The notes under the pieces are model-generated. The model worked only from the letters and a program-made list of their open reading frames with translations. It searched no databases and was not told the DNA's origin. DNA of 42,654 bases from Acinetobacter phage vB_AbaP_Acibel007: sequence record KJ473423.1. One strand, given 5' to 3'. Made by a program: the position numbers and the translations under genes. The number at the start of each line of letters is the position of its first letter. Positions within the stretch are counted from its first letter, which is position 1. Below, one piece after another: positions 36,401 through 42,654 of the stretch.

Positions 36401-36631
36401 AAGACTTCGGTTAACGCTTTGAGTATGCTAGGTACTTTCTCGTACCCGTTAGAGATCATCATGAATGGCGGTTTAAACAGTAACAGTGCTGCGTTAGCAC
36501 CTGTATCTAATGCAATGACATTAGGGCAGAAAGCTATGTCAGGTGACCTTGATTTACGGTCAATTAAGAATGCTACACCTTTGGGTAGTTTAACAGGTTT
36601 GGATTTATTCATTTCAGCTATAGAGGATTAA
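33482..36631 (+). CDS. Internal virion protein C (gp16-like ejection protein)
   Basis: 1049 aa, the largest ORF, immediately before the tail fibre. Confidence 0.65.
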   Translation: MANQVGINKDIQVLPSVQPAIPDHAAPTAGEGIRPSTYQQLGQATEQDLAVTGEELQDEVLPEQPALWKVAQVVAPTARDWGNAIYEDFKFERDIYYNSDADAQEFFEAHGERNRDEVAYIHGARSYEDMQFRQQRILDRRDDNEILAAHPIAGTIASVVDVDLPLAFAPAVGQIGGAAKLGRLTQRGMQAAALGGGAYGLNQLLEDGSTRTQSERNLDSLTFGLVGLFSPIKYEARTTGTALDQMVDTELKAIAQETTDTANRVGSAGTTNVLGHDIKMPISQPIDTSKLAVPDWAVQNKVVAALQSSGDYMWYLTKGDANHPANKILAAPRTQGDNAPYATAPVQATLEAKLVGVEDAINDAAMKMYGTSPNRFFGRKDHTVAQYQVTEQFGQAMQRLDQDILWKMNSGQPVDKKMIHQMIDESNVADEIKAIQKAYVDSGFAETALSRAKQAGLLENLDDAAALHSRATYMPVKHSYERMNNLIKAGQVSEDQLYNFLGKQIMRMYPEMQQAMKIVTKAGTKTVERKFQLTAKQLGQNFFENQQKLALGLSEVQTAGLTKDQMITLLRKSGVDDENLNKIADTIYKGTQDAGTGVAKQFRKRLSWDWNMKFVGKDGGEYSLGDLVDGNAYMNLTDYTRTMSKRIGLAQYGIKTTADLDNILQGIMKDLPADVDIATAKRFLQNVRAQALGHPMGEAVPETIRSLNTVAGATFLSNSGLYNVVDMATQVAKMGLVRTLPEIMKGLKNIVNPMKKLSKNEANDLYDVLTGLLSTDGRWRNITTRYADDFEVTTGIHEATAYYGQATRFMNLSEYVKRMQIGMIGGVVTTAFKNAAKGSAKDIKYMKETLKMSDELTEAVIKEHKAHGTNIDMWSNDVRMAMEQKVFYEADNLAHTIRSGEIPAFMEHSSVGKIIFPFMSFAFAMQQKVLRNTYQRDGAAGVALLAAVQFPTAALIGMAKNIKNGKEPEEDLAKTSVNALSMLGTFSYPLEIIMNGGLNSNSAALAPVSNAMTLGQKAMSGDLDLRSIKNATPLGSLTGLDLFISAIED

Positions 36632-36633
36632 TT

Positions 36634-38808
36634 ATGTCGTTTAATGAGAAACTATCATATACGGAGCATGTGGTCGAGTCCCCAACTACAGACTTCGCAA
36701 TTGGCTTCAAGGATTACGGGGAACAATCAGATACAATTAACGTACTTGTAAATGATGTAATAGCTACGGAGGCGGGTTACACCGTCTTCCGTAAGAATGC
36801 TCTAGTCATTGCACTTGAACCTGCTGTCACATCAGGCATTGTACGTCTACAACGTGAAACTAATATTGATAAGTCCTTTCATATCTTTAGTGCGGGTGCT
36901 AAGTTTGTCGGTGCTAATATGGACGCAAACTTTGAGCAGATTTTACACTCTCAACAAGAAACCCGTGATGGTTTTGATAAGCTGTATTCCGATGTTATGC
37001 CATTGGTTAAAGGTCTTGAAGATGCTTTAGCACAGGCTGATGCAGCGTCTCAAGCTGCTAAGGAGGCTGCTGAAGCTGCGGAGGAAGCTGCGTCCCAATC
37101 TCGAAGTGCTAGTAATGTTATTGATCGTACAGGTTTAACCCAACAAGATATTAACGATGTGTTAGGTGTTACTACCAAGCTACCCGCTGTTTGGGGTCGC
37201 GGTACTATCCCGTCTATACTAGATCGCATTAATATCAAAGACTACGGTGCTATCGGAGATGGTACTCTGCATACCTTACAGGAGTGGGTTACATCGGGAC
37301 GTTTTAGTAATCTATTAGCTATCCAAATGGTATTCCCAAATGCAACAGCTTTAACTGATAGTATTGATTGGTTAGTTACAGATTACTGCTTAGGTTTACG
37401 TAAGTGTATCTACGCACCGCGTGGTACTTATGTATTTAACCGCCCTGCGCGTACACCTCACAGTGGTAGTCCTAACCGAGTGGATTCGGGTTGCAGTTTA
37501 ATCGGAGATGGTACACACACTGTATTCACACGTTCGGATAAACGTTTAGCCACACGTATATTTAAGGTTGATGGTTCAGAGGATTATGAAGCCTATGATG
37601 ATGTTAACCGTGACGAAGCTGTATTTAACGTACATGGCTGTTATCAGATTTTCCGTAATTTCTGTATCTCTAGTAGTACCATCGGTTTCTACTTAGGGCA
37701 ATCAGCATCTAGTGCGGAGAACTCTGCGGTTTATATGTCGCAGTGGTCTGAGCTTCAGTTTAAAGGTGTTGGTACGGGTATGTTGTTCGCTGCTGCATAC
37801 GGTAACCATTATAACCGTGTAAATAATATCCACTTTATTGAGTGTGGTATTGATGTGGAGATGCGTGGTGGTAAGTATGACAGTTCGCCCACTCAGGCTA
37901 ATAACAACCGTAACACGTTCTCTAATATTCGATCTAACCGTAGTAAGGTTGGTCTGTGGTGTAAGTCGGGAGATACTAACCGCTTTACAACGTGGGATGG
38001 TGAGGGTTGTGGTGCTACACCGACTAACAACACTTTTGGTGCTATTCTAGGGTTACCCCTGAATCCTGACAATGTAGCACTTACTAATGGTGTATTTATC
38101 TTACACGGTAAAGGGCAACTTAACCGCCTTATGAACTGTGTGACTGAAGCGTGTGATGTGGAGTTATACAACGACCATTATCGTAATAGCTTCACAGGTG
38201 TAGGTTTTAAGGAGAACGTTTACTTAGGTAAGACTGTTATCAATAAACAAGTACCTGCATACTATCAGTCACCGCATACACTATTTACACCTAACTTCCA
38301 TAGTTTAGTGAACCTAAACACATGGGCTTTCCCAACAGTTACCAGTTTAGGGTTTACTGTTAAGTCGTTAAGTTTCACCAACGCTACAGGTGTTACACGT
38401 ACTTCACGGGATAATTCATCATGTTATATTGATGAGCGATTAGTAGATTTAGGCTCTGTGGTTGCTAGCGGTATCATTGAGTACATTTTATGGGCAGATT
38501 CAGATGCTAGCTCGACTGCTAATATTGAGGTAACTATCAGTGCTGATAGTGCAGCATCTAACTTGGGCTTTGCTTCTAAGTTTGCTGTAGCAGCACACCG
38601 TACAAGTGCTAAGACGCTGACACGTTATAGTTTACATACAATGTACTCTTTACGTGCGACTGGTCAAGGTACAGGGGACTCGGGCGGTGTTACTGCTACC
38701 GTTGTTCATGGGGGTAGTTCGGGTCGTGATTTGATACTACGTATTCAAGCACCTGCGTATGCTTTATCAAATGTGACTGCTACAGTACGTCGGCAGGTTA
38801 CAGGTTAA
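36634..38808 (+). CDS. Tailspike protein with C-terminal pectate-lyase-like (beta-helix) depolymerase domain
   Basis: The N-terminal ~150 aa form a gp17-like particle-binding domain. An Ala/Glu-rich linker follows (AQADAASQAAKEAAEAAEEAAS). NIKDYGAIGDGTLHT is the pectate_lyase_3 / right-handed beta-helix signature. Confidence 0.8.
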   Translation: MSFNEKLSYTEHVVESPTTDFAIGFKDYGEQSDTINVLVNDVIATEAGYTVFRKNALVIALEPAVTSGIVRLQRETNIDKSFHIFSAGAKFVGANMDANFEQILHSQQETRDGFDKLYSDVMPLVKGLEDALAQADAASQAAKEAAEAAEEAASQSRSASNVIDRTGLTQQDINDVLGVTTKLPAVWGRGTIPSILDRINIKDYGAIGDGTLHTLQEWVTSGRFSNLLAIQMVFPNATALTDSIDWLVTDYCLGLRKCIYAPRGTYVFNRPARTPHSGSPNRVDSGCSLIGDGTHTVFTRSDKRLATRIFKVDGSEDYEAYDDVNRDEAVFNVHGCYQIFRNFCISSSTIGFYLGQSASSAENSAVYMSQWSELQFKGVGTGMLFAAAYGNHYNRVNNIHFIECGIDVEMRGGKYDSSPTQANNNRNTFSNIRSNRSKVGLWCKSGDTNRFTTWDGEGCGATPTNNTFGAILGLPLNPDNVALTNGVFILHGKGQLNRLMNCVTEACDVELYNDHYRNSFTGVGFKENVYLGKTVINKQVPAYYQSPHTLFTPNFHSLVNLNTWAFPTVTSLGFTVKSLSFTNATGVTRTSRDNSSCYIDERLVDLGSVVASGIIEYILWADSDASSTANIEVTISADSAASNLGFASKFAVAAHRTSAKTLTRYSLHTMYSLRATGQGTGDSGGVTATVVHGGSSGRDLILRIQAPAYALSNVTATVRRQVTG

Positions 38809-38821
38809 TAGGAGGAATAAT

Positions 38822-39157
38822 ATGAACATTGTAGATCAGGTCTACATGGCACTGATCTACATTTGGTCAGAGCTAGATAAAATGGTAGTCGGTATGGGTT
38901 TAACAGCCTATATCGTCGCTGTATTAAAAGGTGAACGTAAACATCGTGAGGCAATATTATGCGGTGTATTCGCTATGATTGCAGGTACTGCCTTATCATT
39001 GGTAGCTACGTTCTTTGGTATTGCCCCTGATAACTTCGCAGTATCAGGTGGCGGTAGTTTAGTAGCGGGTGCTATTGGGTGGTACGGGACTGTACGTACA
39101 GTCGATAAGATTGAGAATAAATTGGGAGGTAGTAAAGATGATTCTAACTCGGAATAG
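38822..39157 (+). CDS. Holin (three predicted TM segments)
   Basis: 111 aa. TM1 ALIYIW…, TM2 LTAYIVAVL, TM3 AILCGVFAMIAGTALSLVATFFGI, then a charged C-terminus. It lies immediately upstream of the endolysin with overlap. Confidence 0.6.
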   Translation: MNIVDQVYMALIYIWSELDKMVVGMGLTAYIVAVLKGERKHREAILCGVFAMIAGTALSLVATFFGIAPDNFAVSGGGSLVAGAIGWYGTVRTVDKIENKLGGSKDDSNSE

Positions 39158-39722
39158 TTTTGACTACTTACGCAGTATCTACGGTAAATTAAGTCAGTCT
39201 CAGGTTGATGGTTTAAACTTCCTTGTTTCAAAAATGAAGCAAGCGGGTTTTACCTATCCTGAAGCTGCCTACGGTTTGGCTACTGTATATGTTGAAACTG
39301 ATAAGACATTCCAACCTATCGCAGAGCGGGGTTCGGATAAATACTTATCAAAATATGATACTGGTAAACTAGCAGTACGTTTGGGTAATACACCTGAAGC
39401 CGATGGTGATGGTCAACTGTATAAAGGGCGTGGTTATGTTCAGATCACTGGTCGAGCTAACTATAAGTTCTTCAGTACGATTACTGGTAAAGACTTAATT
39501 AAGAATCCTGACTTAGCACTAGATGCTGAGGTGTCTACTAAGATCATGACACATGGTATGCTTAATGGTTCATTCACTGGTGTAGGTTTCCGTCGTAAGC
39601 GTCCTGTGAGTCGTTATAACTTAGCGCAATACATTGCTGCTCGTAACATCATCAATGGTACAGATCGTGCTGCTGAGATCGCACAACATGCTATTGTATT
39701 CGAGAAAGCATTACGGAGTTAG
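39138..39722 (+). CDS. Endolysin, glycoside hydrolase family 19-like (lysozyme/chitinase fold)
   Basis: ATG 39138 with GGGAGG 8 nt upstream. …ETDKTFQPIAERGS…YKGRGYVQITGRANY… is the GH19 catalytic-region pattern. 194 aa. Confidence 0.75.
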   Translation: MILTRNSFDYLRSIYGKLSQSQVDGLNFLVSKMKQAGFTYPEAAYGLATVYVETDKTFQPIAERGSDKYLSKYDTGKLAVRLGNTPEADGDGQLYKGRGYVQITGRANYKFFSTITGKDLIKNPDLALDAEVSTKIMTHGMLNGSFTGVGFRRKRPVSRYNLAQYIAARNIINGTDRAAEIAQHAIVFEKALRS

Positions 39723-39723
39723 T

Positions 39724-40056
39724 ATGGATTACGGTTTACGTCATGATGGTACACCTAAAGGACGTGGTTTCTTAGGTGAGATTAGTAATACTGATGGTAG
39801 TGTTATGACTGAGTATAGTATTGGTGTAGAGTTTGACGGGGTAGAGGTAGATATACCTACTATTACACCAATGTTAGAACTCTCGGAGATTAAGCAGTTA
39901 CAGGCTATGCGGGATGGTGATGACATACCTCAAGGTATTATCCGTAAGGCTATCCAACATGCACGTATGCGTAAGGATAATGGATTACCATACTTCGCAA
40001 CCGAGGACGACTACCCACTGATTGAAGATATGCGTCGTATCATAGGAGTAGATTAA
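39724..40056 (+). CDS. Hypothetical soluble protein (110 aa) in the position where spanins are expected
   Basis: ATG 39724 with a GGAG SD. No TM segment, signal peptide or lipobox. Confidence 0.5.
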   Translation: MDYGLRHDGTPKGRGFLGEISNTDGSVMTEYSIGVEFDGVEVDIPTITPMLELSEIKQLQAMRDGDDIPQGIIRKAIQHARMRKDNGLPYFATEDDYPLIEDMRRIIGVD

Positions 40057-40415
40057 TGACTAAGAAAGTACAGAGTGCAAGCGTAAGCACGTTAAATGCG
40101 CTACATGAAGCTGTTGCTCGTTATATGCTTATGCGTATTCAGTCTGCATTCCCTGATGAGGATGCTGAACCGCAATACGACGAGGAAACTGGTGATGAGA
40201 TTCCTACATTCTTTATTCCTTTGGCTGCATCTGAGCTTCAGGTATTCGTATCGTTCTTGGATAAGAACAACATCACAGCTACACCTGACGTAGAACACAT
40301 GGCTGAACTGGCTAATGAGTTCACTGAAGACTTACGTTTAGCTCGTGAACAGAAAGCTAAATCAATTGTTAAGGTCAATGAAAACGATGCAGCACTTGCT
40401 GCGTACCTAAGTTAA
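40056..40415 (+). CDS. Putative terminase small subunit (DNA maturase A)
   Basis: 119 aa, helical and acidic. It lies immediately upstream of and coupled to the large terminase, like T7 gp18. Confidence 0.5.
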   Translation: MTKKVQSASVSTLNALHEAVARYMLMRIQSAFPDEDAEPQYDEETGDEIPTFFIPLAASELQVFVSFLDKNNITATPDVEHMAELANEFTEDLRLAREQKAKSIVKVNENDAALAAYLS

Positions 40416-40425
40416 GGAGTTCAAT

Positions 40426-42354
40426 ATGTCGTGTATCCAACAGCAAACGCTTCGACGTTTAGACTTACTGATGCCTAAATGTAAGAAGTACAACGATAAC
40501 CCTCAAGCTATTCCTTTAGAGGAACGTGAGGAATTATCAATGATGTTCGCTGCCACATTCAAGAACTTTAAAGAGTTCGCTGAGTTGGGTATGCGATACC
40601 TTGGCTTTAAGCTATCTATGATTCAAGAAGACATTGCAGAGTTCATGCAGCATGGGCAAGCTAAGCGTATGATTCAAGCTCAGCGTGGTCAAGCTAAATC
40701 GACCCTAGCTGCTTTGTACTGTATTTGGCTTCTTATCATAAACCCGACTGCCCGTACACTTATTGTGTCAGGTGGTGAGAAGCAGGCATCTGATGTTGCA
40801 TTGCTTATTATCCGAATTATTAATAACTGGTCTATCCTCTGTTGGTTACGCCCTGATGCGTCCAAAGGTGATAGAACTTCGGCTAGTGCGTTCGACGTAC
40901 ACTACAGCCTAAAAGGTATTGATAAGTCTGCGTCTGTATCTTGTGTTGGTATTACAGCTAACTTACAGGGTATGCGTGCAGACTTTATTCTAGCCGATGA
41001 TATTGAGACTCAACGTAACTCTATGACTCAGACTGAGCGTGAGAAGCTATTGCTACTTACTAAAGAGTTCGCTGCTATCTGTATCTCAGGTGAGATTATG
41101 TATTTAGGTACACCGCAGACTAAAGACTCTGTGTATCGCTCTCTCCCTGCTCGTGGTTACGACGTTCGTGTTTGGTGTGGTCGTTACCCTACCGATGAAG
41201 AACTCGAACGCTATGGAGCAGGTGTGACGATTGCACCTATGATTCATCGTGCATTAATCGAAAACCCTGACTTACAAGTAGGTGGTGGTGTTACTGGTCA
41301 ACGTGGTAAGCCTACTGACCCTGCACATATCAATGAGGAAATCTTACAAGAGAAAGAACTTGAGTATGGTGATGAGGGTTTCTCATTACAGTACATGCTC
41401 GATACAACGCTCTCAGATGCCCTCAGAACGAAGATTAAACTTTCTGATATGATTGTACTAGGCGTAGGTAAAGACGAAGTGCCTGAGTCACTACAGTACG
41501 TCGCAGACCCTAATAAGTTATTCAAGGAAAATACTGAAGCTACTAAAGACTTCCGTATGTACCATGCTGCTGCTGTATCCGATGTATTCGTACCATTTCT
41601 ACATAAGGTGATGACACTTGACCCTGCGGGTTCAGGTGGTGATGAATTGTCTTATGCTATTGGTGGTGCTACTACATCGTATATCTATTTACTTTCAGTA
41701 GGTGGGTTCGCAGGTGGTATGACTGAAAAGAATATGAACTCCGTGTTGCAGAAGATGATTGAGCATAACGTTAAGTTACTCGACATTGAGAAGAACATGG
41801 GTCATGGTACTGTTGCTATGTTATTCCTAGCACAGTTAGATAAGCTGAAGCTTCACGCTTTAACTTCAAACCCTGCAATTGATGAGTTTAAGAATCAGCT
41901 AGGTATGAGTTACAAAGAAGTACACACTGCCCTTAGTGGTATTGGTATCACCGAGTATTATGTGGTAGGTCAAAAGGAACGTCGAATCATTGATACGATC
42001 TCACCTTTGACTCGTCGCCATAAACTTGTAGTATCTACTCAAGCTATTCAAGACGATTGGAATCATTGCTTACAACATCCATCTGAGAAGCGTATGCAAT
42101 TCTCTGCTTTCTATCAATTAGGGAACATTACGTATGATCGCAATAGTTTAGTCCATGATGACCGAGCTGACTGTGTACAACGTGTGGTGGAAGTTCTAAA
42201 GGCGTTTCTAGCTAAAGATGAAGAAAAGGCTGCTGTATTGCGTCAGGAGGCTGCTCATCAAGAGTTCTTGCGTAACCCTATGGGGTATACCCACGATGGT
42301 TGGGATAACTCTAAAGGGTCTCGTAAGCGTTATCATGGGAGGTTCAAACGATGA
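40426..42354 (+). CDS. Terminase large subunit (DNA maturase B)
   Basis: 642 aa. Walker A-like QRGQAKSTLAALY. Size and position match T7 gp19. Confidence 0.85.
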   Translation: MSCIQQQTLRRLDLLMPKCKKYNDNPQAIPLEEREELSMMFAATFKNFKEFAELGMRYLGFKLSMIQEDIAEFMQHGQAKRMIQAQRGQAKSTLAALYCIWLLIINPTARTLIVSGGEKQASDVALLIIRIINNWSILCWLRPDASKGDRTSASAFDVHYSLKGIDKSASVSCVGITANLQGMRADFILADDIETQRNSMTQTEREKLLLLTKEFAAICISGEIMYLGTPQTKDSVYRSLPARGYDVRVWCGRYPTDEELERYGAGVTIAPMIHRALIENPDLQVGGGVTGQRGKPTDPAHINEEILQEKELEYGDEGFSLQYMLDTTLSDALRTKIKLSDMIVLGVGKDEVPESLQYVADPNKLFKENTEATKDFRMYHAAAVSDVFVPFLHKVMTLDPAGSGGDELSYAIGGATTSYIYLLSVGGFAGGMTEKNMNSVLQKMIEHNVKLLDIEKNMGHGTVAMLFLAQLDKLKLHALTSNPAIDEFKNQLGMSYKEVHTALSGIGITEYYVVGQKERRIIDTISPLTRRHKLVVSTQAIQDDWNHCLQHPSEKRMQFSAFYQLGNITYDRNSLVHDDRADCVQRVVEVLKAFLAKDEEKAAVLRQEAAHQEFLRNPMGYTHDGWDNSKGSRKRYHGRFKR

Positions 42355-42470
42355 TCGATAAAGAAGCAGTTACTAAGAAGTTAGAAACTATCAACGCTAG
42401 GATTAAAGATGCACAATCTATCCTAGCATTACTAAAAGCACTAAAGGAGAAATCAAATGTCAAGTATTAA
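42351..42470 (+). CDS. Putative 39-aa peptide
   Basis: ATGA overlap with the terminase stop. The ORF runs to TAA 42468-42470. Confidence 0.25.
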   Translation: MIDKEAVTKKLETINARIKDAQSILALLKALKEKSNVKY

Positions 42471-42654
42471 AGTTATTGTTGCTAATGTAGATGTACCTAA
42501 GTTAGCGAGCGGTGTGTCTAAGGCTCTAAGCGTCGCTAAGGCGGTTAGTAGCACTAAGGTATACAAAGGTAAGGATAAGGTTGAGAAAGCCCTAGATCGA
42601 GCTACTGTGGCTCTTGATGTAGGTGTAAGTATCTATCGTCTGTTCAAGCGTTAA
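42457..42654 (+). CDS. Hypothetical small protein (65 aa), last gene of the window
   Basis: AAGGAG SD. The stop codon coincides with the window end. Confidence 0.5.
   Translation: MSSIKVIVANVDVPKLASGVSKALSVAKAVSSTKVYKGKDKVEKALDRATVALDVGVSIYRLFKR

Noticed and set aside
1741-39926. All minus-strand ORFs (for example 1793-1984, 2390-2761, 8934-9230, 13511-13837, 21381-21827, 36283-36612, 38908-39231) and + strand out-of-frame ORFs nested in large genes (for example 13416-13766, 10039-10251, 20552-20758, 36809-37030)
   Set aside because: Every one lies wholly inside a well-supported + strand gene and lacks an SD. The genome is uniformly transcribed rightward, as expected for T7-like phages.
42455-42654. 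Direct terminal repeat detection
   Set aside because: The first and last few hundred bases share no sequence. Termini and DTR cannot be defined from this window alone.

Overview
The window reads as an essentially complete, co-linear genome of a T7-superfamily podovirus (Autographiviridae-like). All convincing genes are on the + strand with strong Shine-Dalgarno sites and frequent ATGA/TAATG start-stop overlaps. Layout, left to right: (1) a ~1.58 kb non-coding left end with short repeat arrays and three tandem sigma70-type early promoters. (2) About 15 small early ORFs of unknown function, including a Hanks-type Ser/Thr kinase. (3) A replication and nucleotide-metabolism module: primase, helicase, ligase, family-A DNA polymerase, 5'-3' exonuclease, nucleotidyltransferase, endonuclease VII, metallophosphoesterase and dNMP kinase. 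(4) A single-subunit T7-like RNA polymerase placed at the end of this module, which is phiKMV-type rather than T7-type order, followed by a strong rho-independent terminator. (5) A late structural module: portal, scaffold, capsid, tail tubular A and B, three internal virion proteins and a tailspike with a pectate-lyase-like depolymerase domain. (6) Holin, GH19-type endolysin, and small and large terminase subunits. The findings I rate highest are two independent families of exactly repeated intergenic motifs (a 25-bp element and a CTGTACTCACAR 12-mer) that look like phage-specific promoters or processing signals, a phased AGATAG repeat array at the left end that shares its motif with the 25-bp element, several long perfect inverted repeats in leaders, and an early kinase paired with a later phosphoesterase. 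No tRNA, CRISPR array or minus-strand gene is supported. Every functional call rests on motifs I can read in the translations plus gene order. I could run no database search.
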